From contig JAQFVV010000006.1 of NCBI GenBank assembly GCA_028023455.1, positions 14,756,001-14,820,000 of the forward strand: a stretch of 64,000 nucleotides of DNA. The letters run 5' to 3'. The stretch comes from Epiperipatus broadwayi (lineage: Eukaryota > Animalia > Onychophora). The notes under the pieces were generated by a model. It made no database searches. It saw only the letters and a list, made by a program, of their open reading frames with translations, and had not been told where the DNA came from. Positions 34,315 to 48,924 of the stretch are shown here, piece after piece. Made by a program: the position numbers and the translations under genes. How positions within the stretch are numbered: the stretch's first letter is position 1; each line of letters opens with the position of its first letter.

Positions 34315-35842
34315 TCAGCATGTAGCCATTGCTATTTTTTAAATTAGCTACAGGAAAAAGGGGATTTATTTTTGTCTTCTTAATAACCAGATATTGATGT
34401 GATGAGACATTGCATATTATTTACATGTGGCATTTGAAGAGTTCTTCACTCCAAACATATTATACAATATTTCACACTGTGAGATCATTTTTTTAGAAGG
34501 CTATTAAAAATTTGTATTGAGAGATACTGCCTTGGGAATATGAATTTGAACCAGTTTCAATTAGATGTTGTTGATATCTGTGATGAATGTACACAATAAA
34601 TAAACTTAGAGAACAGCATTAGTATTCACACACAGATTAGTATATGATACAATGTTTCAAATGATATTCTCTCTTTTTTAGATATTACTCATCTGACCAA
34701 TAATATTAATAACAAGGACATCAAACCTGGACTTTTAGATTCATTTAAGGCAACTCTATCACAAACTAGGATATTCTGTTAAAAGCAACAGTTAATAGAA
34801 ATTGCATATACTTACCTATGTGGTTCTCCTTAATTCTCTACTTTTTTTTAAGGAGGACAAGATTAATGGAAATAATGTATCATAATTACAAGTGCAATAA
34901 ATATGTACACATATAGAAATAGACATGCAAATATGAACTGTAAATTATCCATTTCACGAAAACTATTTGATAATCTGGGTATTTACTATAGAGTGAATGG
35001 AGTTATACTCATGCCATTTAATTAGCCTTCATAAATTTTAAAATAGTTCAATACATAAATACTGAGAATTGTGAAGTGAATTTTATTTACCAACTATTAA
35101 CCCTCTAACAGGTTGACATTTTCAGTTATTAGCCCTGGGAATAGATTTTGTCAATATTTAATCTTTGATTTCAGTACAAAGTCTTTATTCTACTCTAAAA
35201 CTCTGTAAATAGGACTTGATTACTTAGAAATTTAAGTTTACAAATGAAATACATTTTAAAAAAATATTTTTGAACTTGGCAAATGTTGAAAAAATGAGTT
35301 CATAATGAGAACAAAGGATGTTTTCGTCATTCAACAGTGGGCAGAAAAACAGTCTAAATGAGCGACTTCATAATATCAATGAAATCTTTGACTGAAATTT
35401 ATTTTTAGAATGTGAGCAAATAAATGTTAATCGTTGATAAATCTATAAAATTCTGCTTTAAAATATTAAACTCGCTTTATAATTTTTAGAATATCTCAAA
35501 TGATCCTAATACAGTGTCAGTTATGACTTTATGTGATCAGCGTCTAAGACATGATCATTTTACCAGCCGTAGTTTTCTTTGTTAACATTACAGTCATATT
35601 TATGTACTGACTTCTATTTTTAAAATAAAACATACATGAACAAAATCAAAGTGCTTAAATGGATTCTTTTGGTTTTAAATAATTATTATACAATTATTGT
35701 GTAAAAATAATCCGAAATATTTAATAAACTAAGCAAAAAAATCATACTTTTTGGTTAGTCCAGAAATTTTCTTGAAGTTATCTCACAAGTGCTGTGGAAA
35801 CTAGATTATAAAGAGAGGCAGGACTAAACATATGGAGTCTGG

Positions 35843-36025
35843 AATAAATGCACTGTATCTCTATTGATTGTCTGGAAAGTACTGACCTCTTCAGGGTTTA
35901 TTTAAAATTAATCAGTTTTCTTGCAGTTTTGAATAAATGCACTGTGATCTCTATTGATTATCTGGAAAGTACTGACCTCTTCAGAGTTTTTTTAAAATTA
36001 ATAAATAAGTTTTCTTGCAGTTTTG
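35843..36025. repeat. Tandem duplication, 2 x about 90 bp
   Basis: AATAAATGCACTGT..GGAAAGTACTGACCTCTTCAG..TTTTCTTGCAGTTTTG occurs twice. Confidence 0.9.
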
Positions 36026-36639
36026 ATGTATTAAAAAAACTTAACTAAATATTACTACAGATAGCCGTAGAAGAACAATTTAAAGTGGCAGAACTATTAG
36101 TTAATTATCAAAAGATATCTTGATGTGTTATCAAATACTAAGTCTGATTTTTAAAATTATTAAAGGAAGGCCAGGGGATGTTGGTTTTTTTTATGTAAAT
36201 TTGAATTATCAATCCCAAATGTAAGGTATTTAATTAAGCATTTATTCTATTAATTTTAATAACTCCATAAACAAACAATAACTTTAAAGTATATGTAGTA
36301 ATGAGAATATATAATTATAAAGCAATAATCTTCAAATGTGCATACTATAAGAATCCATTCAGACTTGTAAAGGATTCTTATAATATGCACCTTTGAGGAT
36401 TATTACTGTATAAATATTGATAATCATTTACATATGATCATTTGAGCTATATGGTTTGAAAATTTATAAAAAAAATACAGAAAATGAGATATATAGAAAT
36501 AAATATAACAAAAAATATATGTATTGAAAGAACACAGCAAGAAATAATATAAACAGAGGTCAGTGGATTGAAAAATATGAGGAATATAAGTATCTAGACT
36601 TGAAAAGTACACAAAGGGGGACACAGATGGAGCTATAAG

Positions 36640-37130
36640 AGAAAAAAAACATACTATGTTGAAAAGCTTAACAATTTTCAGTGGAATATTGTGGGATCAT
36701 ATCAAAAGTCAATAAATGTTGAAAATATAACCCAGTGGTGAAAAGTATCATCATGTATGAAGTCAGGTTTGGCAGTCGAAGAAAAGAATGCAGGAGATCT
36801 TGATGACTGCAGAAATGGATTATTGACAAAGAACTGCTGAAAGGTCAAACAGAACTTGCGTAAGCAATAAAAGAATTGGAGAAATAGTGGATATTAACCA
36901 TATTCTAGTAAATGATGTCAAATCAAGACAATTGAAATGATAGAGACAAGTGTAGAGGATATCTCAGAAAAAATTACCAAAAGAAATATTCAACTGGATA
37001 CCAATAGGAAAGAGAAAAATAGGGTGTCTATGATGGAGTTGGATAAATAGAAAAATTAAAGAAATTTTAGGAAGATTTATATAAAGATGTACAGAGAGAC
37101 ATGAAGATTGGAATTGTAAGATATCATTAT
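36640..37130 (+). mobile_element. RTE-like LINE 3' relic, second subfamily
   Basis: Decayed motifs such as TAEMDY, LPKEIFNWIPIGKRK and R..WSW. Confidence 0.55.
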
Positions 37131-38504
37131 AGACAGATGAGAAGATTTATATATAATCATATTTCTCTGTGCCAAGAGATTTTATATTATATCAGATCAT
37201 AACCATTATTCTTTTTTAATATTATGCTGTCTTTTCTACTTGTATTTAAAATAGGTAAAAGGTAAACTAGCCTTTAAATAGGTTTCTGCAGACACAGTTC
37301 CTTCAATAACCTTTCTTGGAAGAACAGTGAGGGAAAATGCATTACTCACCAGGCTTTCCATTTGTCTGATGATGACGATTCTAATTCTTTTTTTCTATTC
37401 TCGGCTTATTCTCTTACATAAATATCCATTTACCAACCAGTATTGAATGTCTAGCTGGAATGGCTATGAATTGACCACCGGGGTGGGGGTGGGGAATCCC
37501 CACTTTAAACCTAATTGGAATCTGAATATTTTTTTATCTGAGTTTTACCAGGCTTCACTTCGAATCCAGATTTTAAGCATGATAGGCAGATGTTTTATGA
37601 TTACAACTCAAAGCCTTTCCTTGCTTAAAATTACGTAATAATTTTTTTAAAAACCATTAATGCGTGCACTTTTTCTACTAATTCTTTAATTTATCATTTA
37701 TTTCTGCCTCCATTTTTGTCCAGCTTTATTGTTTGCTTTGTAAATTTCTGATAATTATCTCTTTCTCTACTATATTATTAATTTTCCATTTCTGTTTTTT
37801 CTTCCTATGTCAGTCATGTGACTAACAACCAGTGGCTTATTGACTTTTTGAAAGCCATAATTTTCATCACAGTTTCTGTTATATTTATTTAAGCTAAATT
37901 ACTGCTATATTTTCCAATGGTGTGTGCACATATGTATATATACACGCGCGCACATACAAATACGTGTATTGAAGTTGGTTTTAAAATGTAGCCTAATTCA
38001 GATCCTTGCAATCCTTTGAACTTTAAAAACGTTCATTCTGGGTTTTAGTTTATATGTTTTTCATCATTTTCATAAAGCTTTTGTAAGAATCTAATCTGTG
38101 AATTCATGTGCAATTCTATTTGTTGACATTATATCAAAAATACCTCACAATCAGATACAAATTTATAATCATTAGCTTTAAATAAATTTATAATATATAT
38201 ATAGAATGTTAAAGTTTGTTTCATGCTCTGTAGTTTACTAAATTAAGTGCCATAGAATTTTAAAACAGTCATAGAAAATATTAGATCAAAGCGAGTCTTT
38301 TATCCTACCGAAATATTTTTACAAGTAAAATGCCTCGATAACACCCTCCATATAGAAACAGTAGTGGACAGATTTATCAATGGCCGGGCCAATAGAGTTT
38401 CATTCTTGTTGTACTCTTAAGCTGAGAATAGTTTTTACACATTTGAGTGATCAATACTCTCTGAAAGAAAAATCCAGCCTGATTGGAACCAAAACTTTTA
38501 CGGC

Positions 38505-38590
38505 AGGTTTTGTACTCAAGTCACGAGCCCGTCAAATTTGAACCCAGTTCATGTATATGGCAAGTAGACGCGATACCACTACACTGTTCC
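38505..38590 (-). mobile_element. Decayed tRNA-like SINE head
   Basis: Minus strand has TGTAGTGGTA (A box) and GGTTCAAATT (B box). A similar B-box piece lies at about 50370-50400. Confidence 0.4.
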
Positions 38591-39429
38591 ACCAATACTT
38601 CTAGCTATCAGTTCCAGGTGTTACTAATATAGCGATTAATTTGACAGTGTATTTTATAGATTAAAAATTATTATTTTAAATTATTTTTAATTTATGTATA
38701 TATATTTCTGTGAAAAAATTGTAGATAATTTCATTAAATTTTAAAAAATGTAGTAAAGATAAAATGCTAAGTCTTTTTTTCAAAAGGTATTGATTGGAAT
38801 GATTTTATTTGTGTGTGGCATAGATGTATATGCTATAGATATATACCGTAACTTATTTATTTATCTTAACATTAAATTAAAAATATTTTGTATAATAAAT
38901 AAATCGTATCTGTTTGAAGGTAAGCATATTTTTAATATGAATAGTTGTTTTTTTTATGATTAGATTTATTTTTTCTTGTTAAAAGATACTTTTTATCACT
39001 TATCTCAGTAAAGGTATTGCTAAAACTTCATAGGGCGAGGCTTTAATTGACATCTAAACTGATAGTCTCATTAGAAACAAAACAAAAAAAGTTTTTTTTT
39101 TTTTTTAAAAAAATAGAGATTTGTATGCCCCTGGCATACTTTCATTTTCTAAAAATGGTCAGTGCATAAATGTTTGTGTATTTTTACATTATTCATTATC
39201 AGTAACAGACACGTGAATATGACCATTTTACATTTTGAAAAAAAAAAATAAAAAAAATAGTACTATATATATTTAATAACTCTTTCTATTTGCGCTTTAT
39301 ATCAATGCAATATATTGTTTTATATTTAATTTTATTTTCTTGCCCAGCAGTTCTTGGCAGAGCTACAAAAATATTTAAATATACATAATTCCATAGAAAA
39401 AATGATGTATTATAATTCTAAGTATCCCT

Positions 39430-39660
39430 AAAGGCTCATTGTAAAAGATCTAGAAAGAAACCATATGTGAGATGGATGGATGGAATAAGGAAGTGTGCTG
39501 GGGTGATATGGAGAAGATAGGATAGAGACTACATGTGAGATGGATGGATAAGGAAGTGTGCTGTAGTAATGTGGAGAAGAGAGGCTCAGGGATGAATTGA
39601 ACTTGGAGAGACCTTCATCCTGCAATAGATTGATAATGATAGAAAATGATGATGAGGATC
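39430..39660 (+). mobile_element. RTE LINE 3' tip with internal duplication
   Basis: Same 3' end as 12400-12590 and as the reverse complement of 29740-29900. Confidence 0.8.
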
Positions 39661-41332
39661 CCTGCAAAGTATACATATTTTTACACAGTAGAGCTGTAAA
39701 CTAATGTCTGTATAGCATGTAATAAATATAGCATATAATAGCTTACACATTGTTGATAAACATTCATTAGAATAGAATACATATTATTTGTTGAACTGCA
39801 AGTATACAGTGCTTTTCCACACCCACGGATGTAGAACACAGATACTTAGTATAATTAGCTGAATCTGTAGCTTTGCTTACATTAGTGGATTAAAAGAATA
39901 ACACGAGTTATCAACAGCAGGAAAAAATAACTATTGTAACGCATTTTCATAAACAATGTTGTAAGTCATTTTTAAACTTGTTGATAACTCGTACTACTAT
40001 TTCATGCAAATATTCTTTAAATATATTTTAATTACCAACTATGTTTCATTGTTTTATTTTACTGATGCGAGCAAAATCATCTAGCAGTTTTGCCCGTGTT
40101 AATCAAATAATGGTAAAAAAAAATTCTAAAAGAATATAATATAGTTGATAATTAAAATATATTTCTAATTTATATGTATGGAAGTTATATTCTGAGCAAT
40201 AAATTTTTTGGGGTTTATTATCTAAATTCCATTTTTGATGTATTAAATACTAAATAAAATTTTCCTCCGTCATTCTCTCCATTTCGTTAGTTGTCCCCTC
40301 ATATTATTAGAAAGTTTGATTATTAAAATATATTTACATATTCCATTTTCGAACTGTAGTTGTGTGTTTCTGTTAGTAAAAAGTTTGATGATATGTTGAA
40401 TATCAAATAAAAAAAATTGTCACTATTTTTCTCCATTTTTCTAGCTGACTCCTTGCATTAGTAGAAAGTCTGATAATTAGAATATATTTACATTAAATAA
40501 TTATCAAAAACCATACTGCGAAAATTATAACTTTTATTAAATACAATTCACATCATTTTGAATTATATTATTTTATATTTATCATTTGATAATTTTTTAA
40601 ATGGCTATAAACTTTTAACATTGTAGTGTAATCTGTATTTTGAAACACATGCCACGACATTTTGCTTCATCACGTGAGAGTATACTTCAAGGGAAATGGT
40701 AAAAGTTTACCAAATTCAGTACTTCTCTTACTATACCTGCAACATTTTAAAACTTTTTCATGTGTTAAATATATTTAAATTGCCCTTCTAAAAGTTTATC
40801 AAATTCATGATCTAAATTTTCATTATTCAAATGAGAAATTAAATAATTAATTTAAAACATATTTACAAATTTCCAACTCTATAATCTTTTAATCAGTGCT
40901 ACCCTCTTTTTGGTTTCTCCGACATAATTCAAAAATAATTATAGATTTTCTATACATTTTATAGTGTAAATTACAGATTTTCTAAAAGCAATTAAAGCAA
41001 AAATTTAAATGCTACTAAATTCTGTACAGAAAAGGAAAGAAAAGATGTAAGACTTCTAGCTAGGTCCAATATTTGTTGAATTATAAAGTCACAAACTTTC
41101 ACATTTAATATGGATACAGATATGCATATATAAAGATTATATAATAATATAATTATTAACAATATATTGAGGGGGGCACATTTTTATATATTTTACTGAG
41201 TGTGTGTTCACTCATGCATTCATTGAAGCGGTAAGAATACGAAAATAGCATATTTTTATTTTTAAAATAAAATAAATAGCAAAATGTCTGACCTTTGCTA
41301 TTAAATATGCTTGCAGTAACTTAATCTGTACA

Positions 41333-41550
41333 ATGTTGCCACTTAATGCAAGCTATAATAATCTATGAATATTAGAAGGTTAGTGCATCAAAGTTTATAT
41401 CTAGTCCTACTCATCCAATATCCCCAGATGAGTTTCTAATTTATGACTTATTAATAAGGAATCTTGGATCTACGAGCAATGTGCTTATATCTTTGGATCT
41501 AATTTATCCATCCAGCAGTTACCTTTTTAATTAATATAATGCCATGAGCG
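41333..41550 (-). mobile_element. Old decayed family A copy
   Basis: Matches the family A consensus (CCTACTCATCCAATATCCCCAGA). The HHR at 41421-41461 is heavily mutated. Confidence 0.7.
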
Positions 41551-41559
41551 CAAATTCTT

Positions 41560-42700
41560 TATTTTTAAAGATTGCAACAATTGAAGTATTCTTAATATCA
41601 GACAGCACAACTCCATGAGTTCATATATTTTAAGAAAATTCTAATATTTTTGAAGCTAGGATATCATCACCATATTTCAAAACTTTTCTAGATATCTCAT
41701 CAAGACTTGCAACCTTTCCATTTTTCGGACTACAAAGAGCAGTTTTGATTTCACTAAACTGGATATCTGGTCCAAATTTAAAAGAGCAGATGAAATGAAT
41801 ATACCATTAAAAGGTGTTACCTTAATTATTCAAAATAAAATTAAGATACTTCTTGTAGCTGTTTGAAATGTTTTTACTGTCATAAAAAAGTAGCATTGAT
41901 GGATCTAATACGATTGTGATGCAGTTTTTTTAGATCCTTATGTTATTTGTTGCATCAAACAAAAAAAAATCTAAATTGACCACAGTTCCTAACTGATTGC
42001 ATTTTTTTTTAATCCACCAATCATTAATTTATACTTTTCTTGTCAATTATTAAACTTTGGAACTTCATATCTCTGTATTTACATTTAATTATCAAGTCGC
42101 TTATAAAAACGTTGTTAGAAAATCAATTGTGGATCTTTTTTTTAATGAACCTAAGAATAGATTTACTCCCTTATAACAATAATCTTTATGAGAATTTCAT
42201 GTCTCGGTAATATGATTATGCTGAAATTCCAACTTAGCAATTTTAGTGTTTGATGCCTGTTAAAATTTAACCTGAATAGTAGATGCTTCTAAAGAACGAA
42301 CATCGATTTTTCTTGTGAATTTGATTGGAATAAGGTCTGTTTCTAATGTTTTTATCATTTTAACTTTGGAGTATAGTAATGTATGTTTTGTCACATGATC
42401 TGAATTTATAAATGCTTCTGTAATATGAACGTTTCTTGTAATCTCACTCTTTAATTTATAAAATACCATGTCATGAATATGGAAGCATCCCTGGTTTCTC
42501 TATAATGATTTCTCTAATTAAACATTACTTACATCAAACAATATGTAACACATTCATTAATTATGTGTGTGATGGATATGTAATATCAATATTTATTAGA
42601 AATGTATTCTGGACATACAAAAAAGAATAATTCTGGTAGTAATAAATCTTTTATTTCCTTCCAGTTTTTTTAATATCAATATTCCATACATGAAAAATTT
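41560..42700 (-). mobile_element. RTE-like LINE relic (endonuclease end to RT start)
   Basis: EAFINSDHV..LLYSKVK (ORF 42260-42469) and FSEIKTALCSPKNGKVASLDEI..VLKYGDD. Confidence 0.65.
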
Positions 42701-43720
42701 TTAATACTGTAAATAGTTTTGATTTATACATATATTACATGCTTCTTTTTATAATTAAGTCATAATTGTCCCCTAATTTTGACACAGGATTAACTTCATC
42801 AATCCAAAATCATTCCTCTTTAATCATTAGTTTATAATTACATTTTAATGGTTTATTTATGATTTATTCCAAAAAGAGTAAAAATGACAGGAATAATCAT
42901 TAAGAAGGCAAAGAACTCTTTAAAAACAAACATACTTTTCAAATATTTGGATAAGTCAGAATTTTTAATAAACTGACAACTGGTTTTATAGAAATCTCAT
43001 TTCAATATTTTGACAATTTGTTTAGATTTAGTAACATATAATGAATTAATGAATGGAATTACTTGTAGAAATTCTAAATTTAGATTTAAAAAAAATTAGA
43101 AATAATTAATAAAGCATTCACCTTATGCTAATGTTATTTATCAACTATTACAAAATGAAATCAAAATTATATACAAGAGAAATTGTTAATAAATATATTA
43201 AAATAAAATTCCTAAAAAAAATGTACACTTTCTTAGGTGTTTTAATCCCTTTCATTTTTTTATGTCATTTATATTAATAAGTTACTAAAAATACAATGCC
43301 TTTTATTCATTTGTTTGACGGTTTCGACTGTCTTGCAGTCTTCTTCAGAGCTGTAAAATATAATTTTATTACATTATTTTTTAGTGGACTTTTTATAAAA
43401 AAAATTCTGCTTAGGCATCTGTTATATATTAAAATGTGTAACGAATTACAATATATATATATATATATATGATCTCTATCTACTTTTGAACTAGTAGAGG
43501 AACTGGACAATAGAATGTTTTGACCAAACAATAATATTTAATCATTATTGGCAATAGTTTGCCATGTTTTTAATACAATTTAGTGTAAAGTTGTATCATC
43601 AACTTTAATGATTCAATTGCAAATCCTTTTTTTTTCCACAGTTATGTCGCCTAGTGGAAACTTTTGTGAACAGTAGATGGCAGTGCTTAATAAATTCCTA
43701 TCTGCTGCTGACCTCCATTA

Positions 43721-43762
43721 TCCCCAGACTAGTTTCTAGCTCATGGCTTTCATCAGTGAGGA
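43721..43762 (-). ncRNA. Type I hammerhead ribozyme, family A, intact
   Basis: UCCUCA-CUGAUGA-A AGC CAUGA GCU A-GAAAC UA GUC-UGGGGA. Compensatory G-C to A-U change in stem II. Lies in a partial family A copy at about 43690-43830. Confidence 0.87.
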
Positions 43763-45463
43763 TTTATCAAACACTAACATCTGGCATCTATTGATTACCA
43801 ATGGTTACACTAGGTGGTATAACTGGTGAGAGAAAGAAGAATTTGCTATTAAATGGCATAGTGCAGGCTGGGCTTCACATGATGCCTTATTGGTTTTAAA
43901 CTTTATTCTTTTATTAAGCGTATACACCCATATATTTAAAATTTGTTTACGTATATGTTATTAGTTATAGTAAAAAAATAGAATAATATTGTCAACTTTA
44001 ACCTCTAGATATGGACTGAGGCAATTCAGAAAGTAGTTTGTTTTTGACTTTTATGTGTCATCATGTCCTAATTTTCAAGATATCAACCATGGAAATAATT
44101 TGAAAGTAGACAAATATTTTTATGTTGCGTGTTAATTCAAAACTTTAATTAATAGAAAATAAAAGTAGAATATATACCAGATTGGAACTAGATAGTAACT
44201 TATTTACTTAGTGCTGGTGCAGATGCTGTATTCAATTTAAGTTTACAAATCTTCTTATAAATATTATTAAATTTTATAAAACTGTCCAAAACAAACTGAA
44301 TAAACAAAAATATTATTCAGAGAATGTAGAAAATAAGCATACAAGAAAAAGACATTTTTTTTTTTTGAATTTTGACACTAATGTTATTTATCAATTGTTT
44401 CATCAATCACACATTGTTAAATTTTTATAATTTTAAAACCATTTAAAACATTTTCTCCTCTTGTAAACATTAAACAATTAAAATTCTTAAAGCTAAGTAA
44501 AGAAACTTAGCTATTTGTAAACCTACAATAGTTAAAGTAGTGCATGTGGCTTCTAGTGTGTGTGTGTGTCTATTGTTGGAGGGTTGGTAAGTTGGTTTAG
44601 TCGAACTTCATTATTTTATTTTCAGAATTGTGTTAATCATTATATTTTGTGTTAATGATGATAATAATAATAATATGATTAGCTGCTTGGAAGGTCATGT
44701 GATGTTTGAACACTATTGTTAGATTAAGCCCAACTGACTGATTTTTTTTTTTATTCGGCTTAAAATACTTAGCTCTGAGTCTATTACTTTGCTAAACTGC
44801 ACAAGTCTATTGGGAGTTCGTTTTTCATTTTTTATATAATTTTTAGAAATATTTATGCAAAATATATATATTTTTTTCACTGTATATAAATTTTTGCTCT
44901 TTTGGTCTCTGACTCAAATAAAAAGTAAAAACATTTCTTGTAATTAATGTGAAAAAATATTTGTGCAGAGTTTAAATATAAAATTTCATAATATTTATTG
45001 TACCAAGTATACTTTCACTGCTTTCATCTCATATTCAAGGTCAGTCTGCCGGGAACAATAATTTTTTGATGTGGATGCTATTAGTTATTCGATTCATTAT
45101 GTATTCGTATTTCTTATTTTACATTTGTGATTGTTTCTCTCTTTGCAAACAACTTTAACAGCACTTGGATTATAGCTATGACTGTTTTCTCTCATGATTA
45201 TGAAGGATGGATGAATTAAATGCTTTAGGCTTAATCTTAGATTTTTTTATATATTAATGGGTGTTAAATCATTTTAGTATGTTTATTATTTTATTTGAGA
45301 TAAATGGTTTAGAACAGTGTTGATTTTAGTGCATGTTAATTTCAAATTGTTTTAGTTTTATCAGTAGTATAGACCCACTACCTAAACTATAGTTTTCAAA
45401 ATTTCTCATACCTATTTTAGAGTGTGAGCATATCTTGCAGTGATTTTTAGTGAGGTTATATAA

Positions 45464-45680
45464 AGAGCTCGCAAATAAGCTCTTAACAAGCTTTGCAGAA
45501 TATCCCTAACCCCAGACCGGTTTCTCCTACTGGCTTCCTCGGTGAGGTGCTAGGATATTCAAGCATAACCAGTCTGGGGTTAGGGATATTCTGCAAAGCT
45601 TGTCAAGAGCTTATTTGCAAACTCTTTTTTTAACATTTGTAATACAAGCTTGTTTAAATTAGGTCATGTGACATCTAACT
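45464..45680. mobile_element. Family B HHR element, fold-back copy
   Basis: Near-perfect inverted repeat at 45464-45626 containing HHR 45509-45548. The flank 45630-45680 is the reverse complement of 25285-25330. Confidence 0.8.
45509..45548 (-). ncRNA. Hammerhead ribozyme, family B, mildly decayed
   Basis: ACCUCA-CCGAGGA-AGC CAGUA GGA-GAAAC CG GUC-UGGGGU. Stem I intact, stem III is the palindrome ACCGGU, U4 to C in the core and a damaged stem II. Confidence 0.7.
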
Positions 45681-46739
45681 TTATGTTTTTGTAACTTTAG
45701 TAAGGTGTAGTTATTAATAAAGAAGAACATATAAATATATCCTTGTCACTCATCTATATTATCAAGCTATCAATTTAAACTGAAAAACATATAAGTGGTT
45801 TTCAATCTAAGCTTTAGTCATATAAATTTGAAACAAATTCAATTTTTCTATATTATTATCTGAATTTTCATATTATTCAAAAGATGATCATAATCATTTC
45901 TTTTTCTGTTTGACATATTATTGTGATGGCACTTTGTGGTTTGTTATGTTATTATTAATGCATCCAAAAAAGAGATTGAGACTAATTACTACTAGCAGAT
46001 AATAGTATCTTTTTGATAATTTTAGGTCAATTGTTGAAATCCTACTTTTAAATCTATCACGCGTTACAATCAAATCACTAATAATGATTGTCAAAGAATC
46101 CAGCAACGGAACTGACTGTTTTGAATCCATTCCTCATTCTTCAAGAGAATTTCAGCTTCAGTAACATGACACTCTTGAAAATCCAAATTGGCATTGTTTG
46201 TTTAATTGGTGTTGAAAATTAGCATAGTTACTAATGATTTTCTGAAGAATTAACATTTTTTTTGTGTGATGTGTTTGAAATCGAATCTATTTTAAAATGC
46301 AGCTACTATTAAACACTTTAATTTAGAAATTCTATTTGTTTGTTGGTTTGTCCATGTTAAATCTTGCAACCAATCTTTAACATATTTTTATCAATTGGAT
46401 TTCCTTCAAAATTTTGTACAAAAAGTTAGGCAACAGTGAAAATGCAGTATGACCCTGAAGTATTTCAGGGTTGTTTTTCTGATTATGTAGTCTAGCAGTG
46501 TATGTGGGTCAAATTTTAAAGTGCAGTACATCAGTTTGATGAATTTTCAATGATGCACACTAGATGGCGGTATATATATATATATTTAAAACATGTTTAT
46601 TACATTATATTACATGTGCTATATAAAATAAATGTTTATTTACATATGTTTATTGAATATTCACTCAAAAAGCATTTGCAATTAATTAAAATAGAAAACA
46701 AATGAAGGATGAAATCTTAATTTCTCTTGATTTTTTAAC

Positions 46740-47689
46740 TAAAGCTTACTGTTTTTTTCTTTTGTTGTTACATCTTCGGCCATGTCAGTTATTCTTCTTT
46801 GAATTGATCTTGCAGAAGCTGGTATTTCTCAAATTTGAGACAGTATAATTTGTTTATTTGGTAGATCACTGAATAAGATTTCAGCACTTTTCAAAAATGT
46901 TTCTTTGATGAATTTTCCATCTGTGAAAGGTTTGCCTTTTGAAGCCACACAATGAGCAATTGTAAAACTACATTTGGTGGCTTTATTTTGGGTTCCAATT
47001 ATTTGACTAAAATAATTCGTTTGTTTCTGAAAGGCAGAAAGAACTCTTTTTATAGCTTCACTTTTCTCATTTAAGTTTTTAAACATGAACGCATGTTTAG
47101 TTTGATAATGTTTTTTGTATACTTGAGGAACAACTTACTATACTTCCACATCATAATGTACACACAGCACAATCTTTTTGCTGTACAAATTCAGATTTAT
47201 TTGTCCAAGAGTCTTGAAAAGAGCAAATATCATGTTTTTATCTTTTGTGGAACATTTTGGGAATCTCTCAGTCACTATGCCATGAGAATCTCTTTTTTGA
47301 AGGAAGCGCCACCAATGAGCGTCGATTATTTACCATTCAACTACTGAAAATAGCTTCCTAGAATTTATAACTTAATAAGCTTTTTATTTGGATTACGATC
47401 TCAATTTTTAATTTTATCAGAAGTAAAATGTGAATATGTAGAATTTTTTTTCACTTGCTAACAAAAATATCTTTAAAATGAAGTCAACTTAAGTTTATTA
47501 TTTTCTGTAAATTATGATTTAATCGTAAATTCAATGTTGAATGTAAAAACAACAACAACAAAAAAAAAAGACGCTGAAATTAAAAAAATATATTTTTTTA
47601 CTATTTCAATTTATTCTGAGTGCCATTGATAATCGTTGACATGCCAAGCATGGCAGCTTGGCATGGGTGCCATAGGTTGCCGACCCCTG
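46740..47689 (-). mobile_element. hAT (Charlie/Buster/SPIN-like) transposon, 5' end with transposase pseudogene
   Basis: TIR CAGGGGTCGGCAACC at 47689, flanked by ATCTAGAG. Transposase motifs FQDSWT..AVCTL, AHCVASKGKPFTDGKFIKE and IPASARSIQRRITDMAEDV, with stops. Confidence 0.88.
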
Positions 47690-47809
47690 ATCTAGAGTCG
47701 TGTTGGATTTCAACTGTTGACTATACAGGAAATGATATTAATAGTGGAGATAAGCAAAAATAAATTAATATTTTTTTATTAGTCATTCATTAGACTAGAG
47801 ATCCACTTT

Positions 47810-48180
47810 ATAAATAATATTTCTGCAGTTTAATTTTCACACAGGATAGGGACTGGTTTCTATCCACTTTTAACACTTTGTGGAGGGTGTAAACATATGA
47901 TCAAAGACATGTGAGTATGATCCCCAAGATGTGCATTTATCACTTGTCCCAGACAATCTATGCCTATCTTTATCATTGCTCAGATTTTTATCTGGGCTAA
48001 CTGATGAGTGCTGCTTCAGCATGAAATGTGCATCTTGGAGATCATGCATTTTTTTTACATGTCCTGGGTTATATGTTTATGATTACACCCCTCCACAAGG
48101 AATTAAAAACAGGTAGAAAACAGTCCCTATGTTGCATGAGACTGGCGTAGTGAAAATTACCTACTGAAGTATTAATTAAA
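47810..48180. mobile_element. Family C HHR element, fold-back copy
   Basis: Imperfect inverted arms around 47950-47990 with an intact HHR in the right arm. The 3' part is homologous to 57010-57150; another decayed copy lies at 50395-50530. Confidence 0.78.
47997..48038 (+). ncRNA. Type I hammerhead ribozyme, family C, intact
   Basis: CUAA-CUGAUGA-GUGCUG CUU CAGCAU-GAAAUGUGCAUC-UUGG. Stem II is 6 bp, stem III is AUG/CAU, predicted cleavage after C48034. Confidence 0.85.
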
Positions 48181-48816
48181 AATAAGTGCTTCACATGCTA
48201 CATCTTGTTGCCATTTATTGTGATTGTAGTGTGTCATTTAGAATATGCATGAGAGGAATTGTAGAGGGTAAAAAAGTTCCTATATAAGTTGCCGAATTTT
48301 TGATAGTCAGACGAATGATATTTCATTTGCATATTTTTTCTTCATATATATATATTATTTATTGTATGGATCACATGAAAAGTAAGTTATATGCTTTAAT
48401 GATAAAGGCTAATGATTATTAATTATTAAATATTTTTTTAAGTATAATTAAATTTCTTTCCAATGCTTATATCGCACATTCATCTATATATAAGAATAAA
48501 GTCGTCAAAAAAATTAATTATAGGTAAATATATATAATAATCACTTCTTTTTTATATTTATTTTGTCGTATTGTAAAATGTATACAATGTATCTATTTTT
48601 ACATTTTAACAATAAATAAATTAAAGCCTCATAAAATTTCCTGTTTCCTTTTTGTAATTTGTTTTCTTTTCCTTTTTTTAATGTAATTAAATTGATAATA
48701 ATATACCCTTAGTTAATTTATTTTATTAGTTTATCCCAGGTTATTTTGTTTTGGATTATCTTATTATTAATAATGCCCCTGCAGTATTTCCTTGTTATCT
48801 CTACGATCGGTCTTAC

Positions 48817-48924
48817 CTGTAATTATCATGACTGATACCTGTAAATAGGTCAGCTTCTGTGGTTTTGTTGTTGTTCAGGCTTTCATTTTCATAGGAGTTT
48901 GACCGAGTCCACTGACCTTGTTTA
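48817..48924 (-). CDS. Candidate internal exon of an unidentified minus-strand gene
   Basis: tatatttcag acceptor and gtaaga donor, 108 nt, symmetric phase 2-2. Open frame KQGQWTRSNSYENESLNNNKTTEADLFTGISHDNY. No family recognised and no partner exon found. Confidence 0.45.

Noticed and set aside
34682-34782. Possible terminal exon (D)ITHLTNNINNKDIKPGLLDSFKATLSQTRIFC*
   Set aside because: Good acceptor and open frame, but phase 1 does not join the 27659 donor and it has no recognisable STK36 similarity. Left unassigned.
34803-34825. ATACTTACCT resembling the U1 snRNA 5' end
   Set aside because: Only 10 nt match with no U1 body. It is simply a donor-like word on the minus strand.
38285-38420. 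Frame ending ..LHIETVVDRFINGRANRVSF resembling a hAT transposase C-terminus
   Set aside because: Too short, with no TIR or upstream domains to support it.
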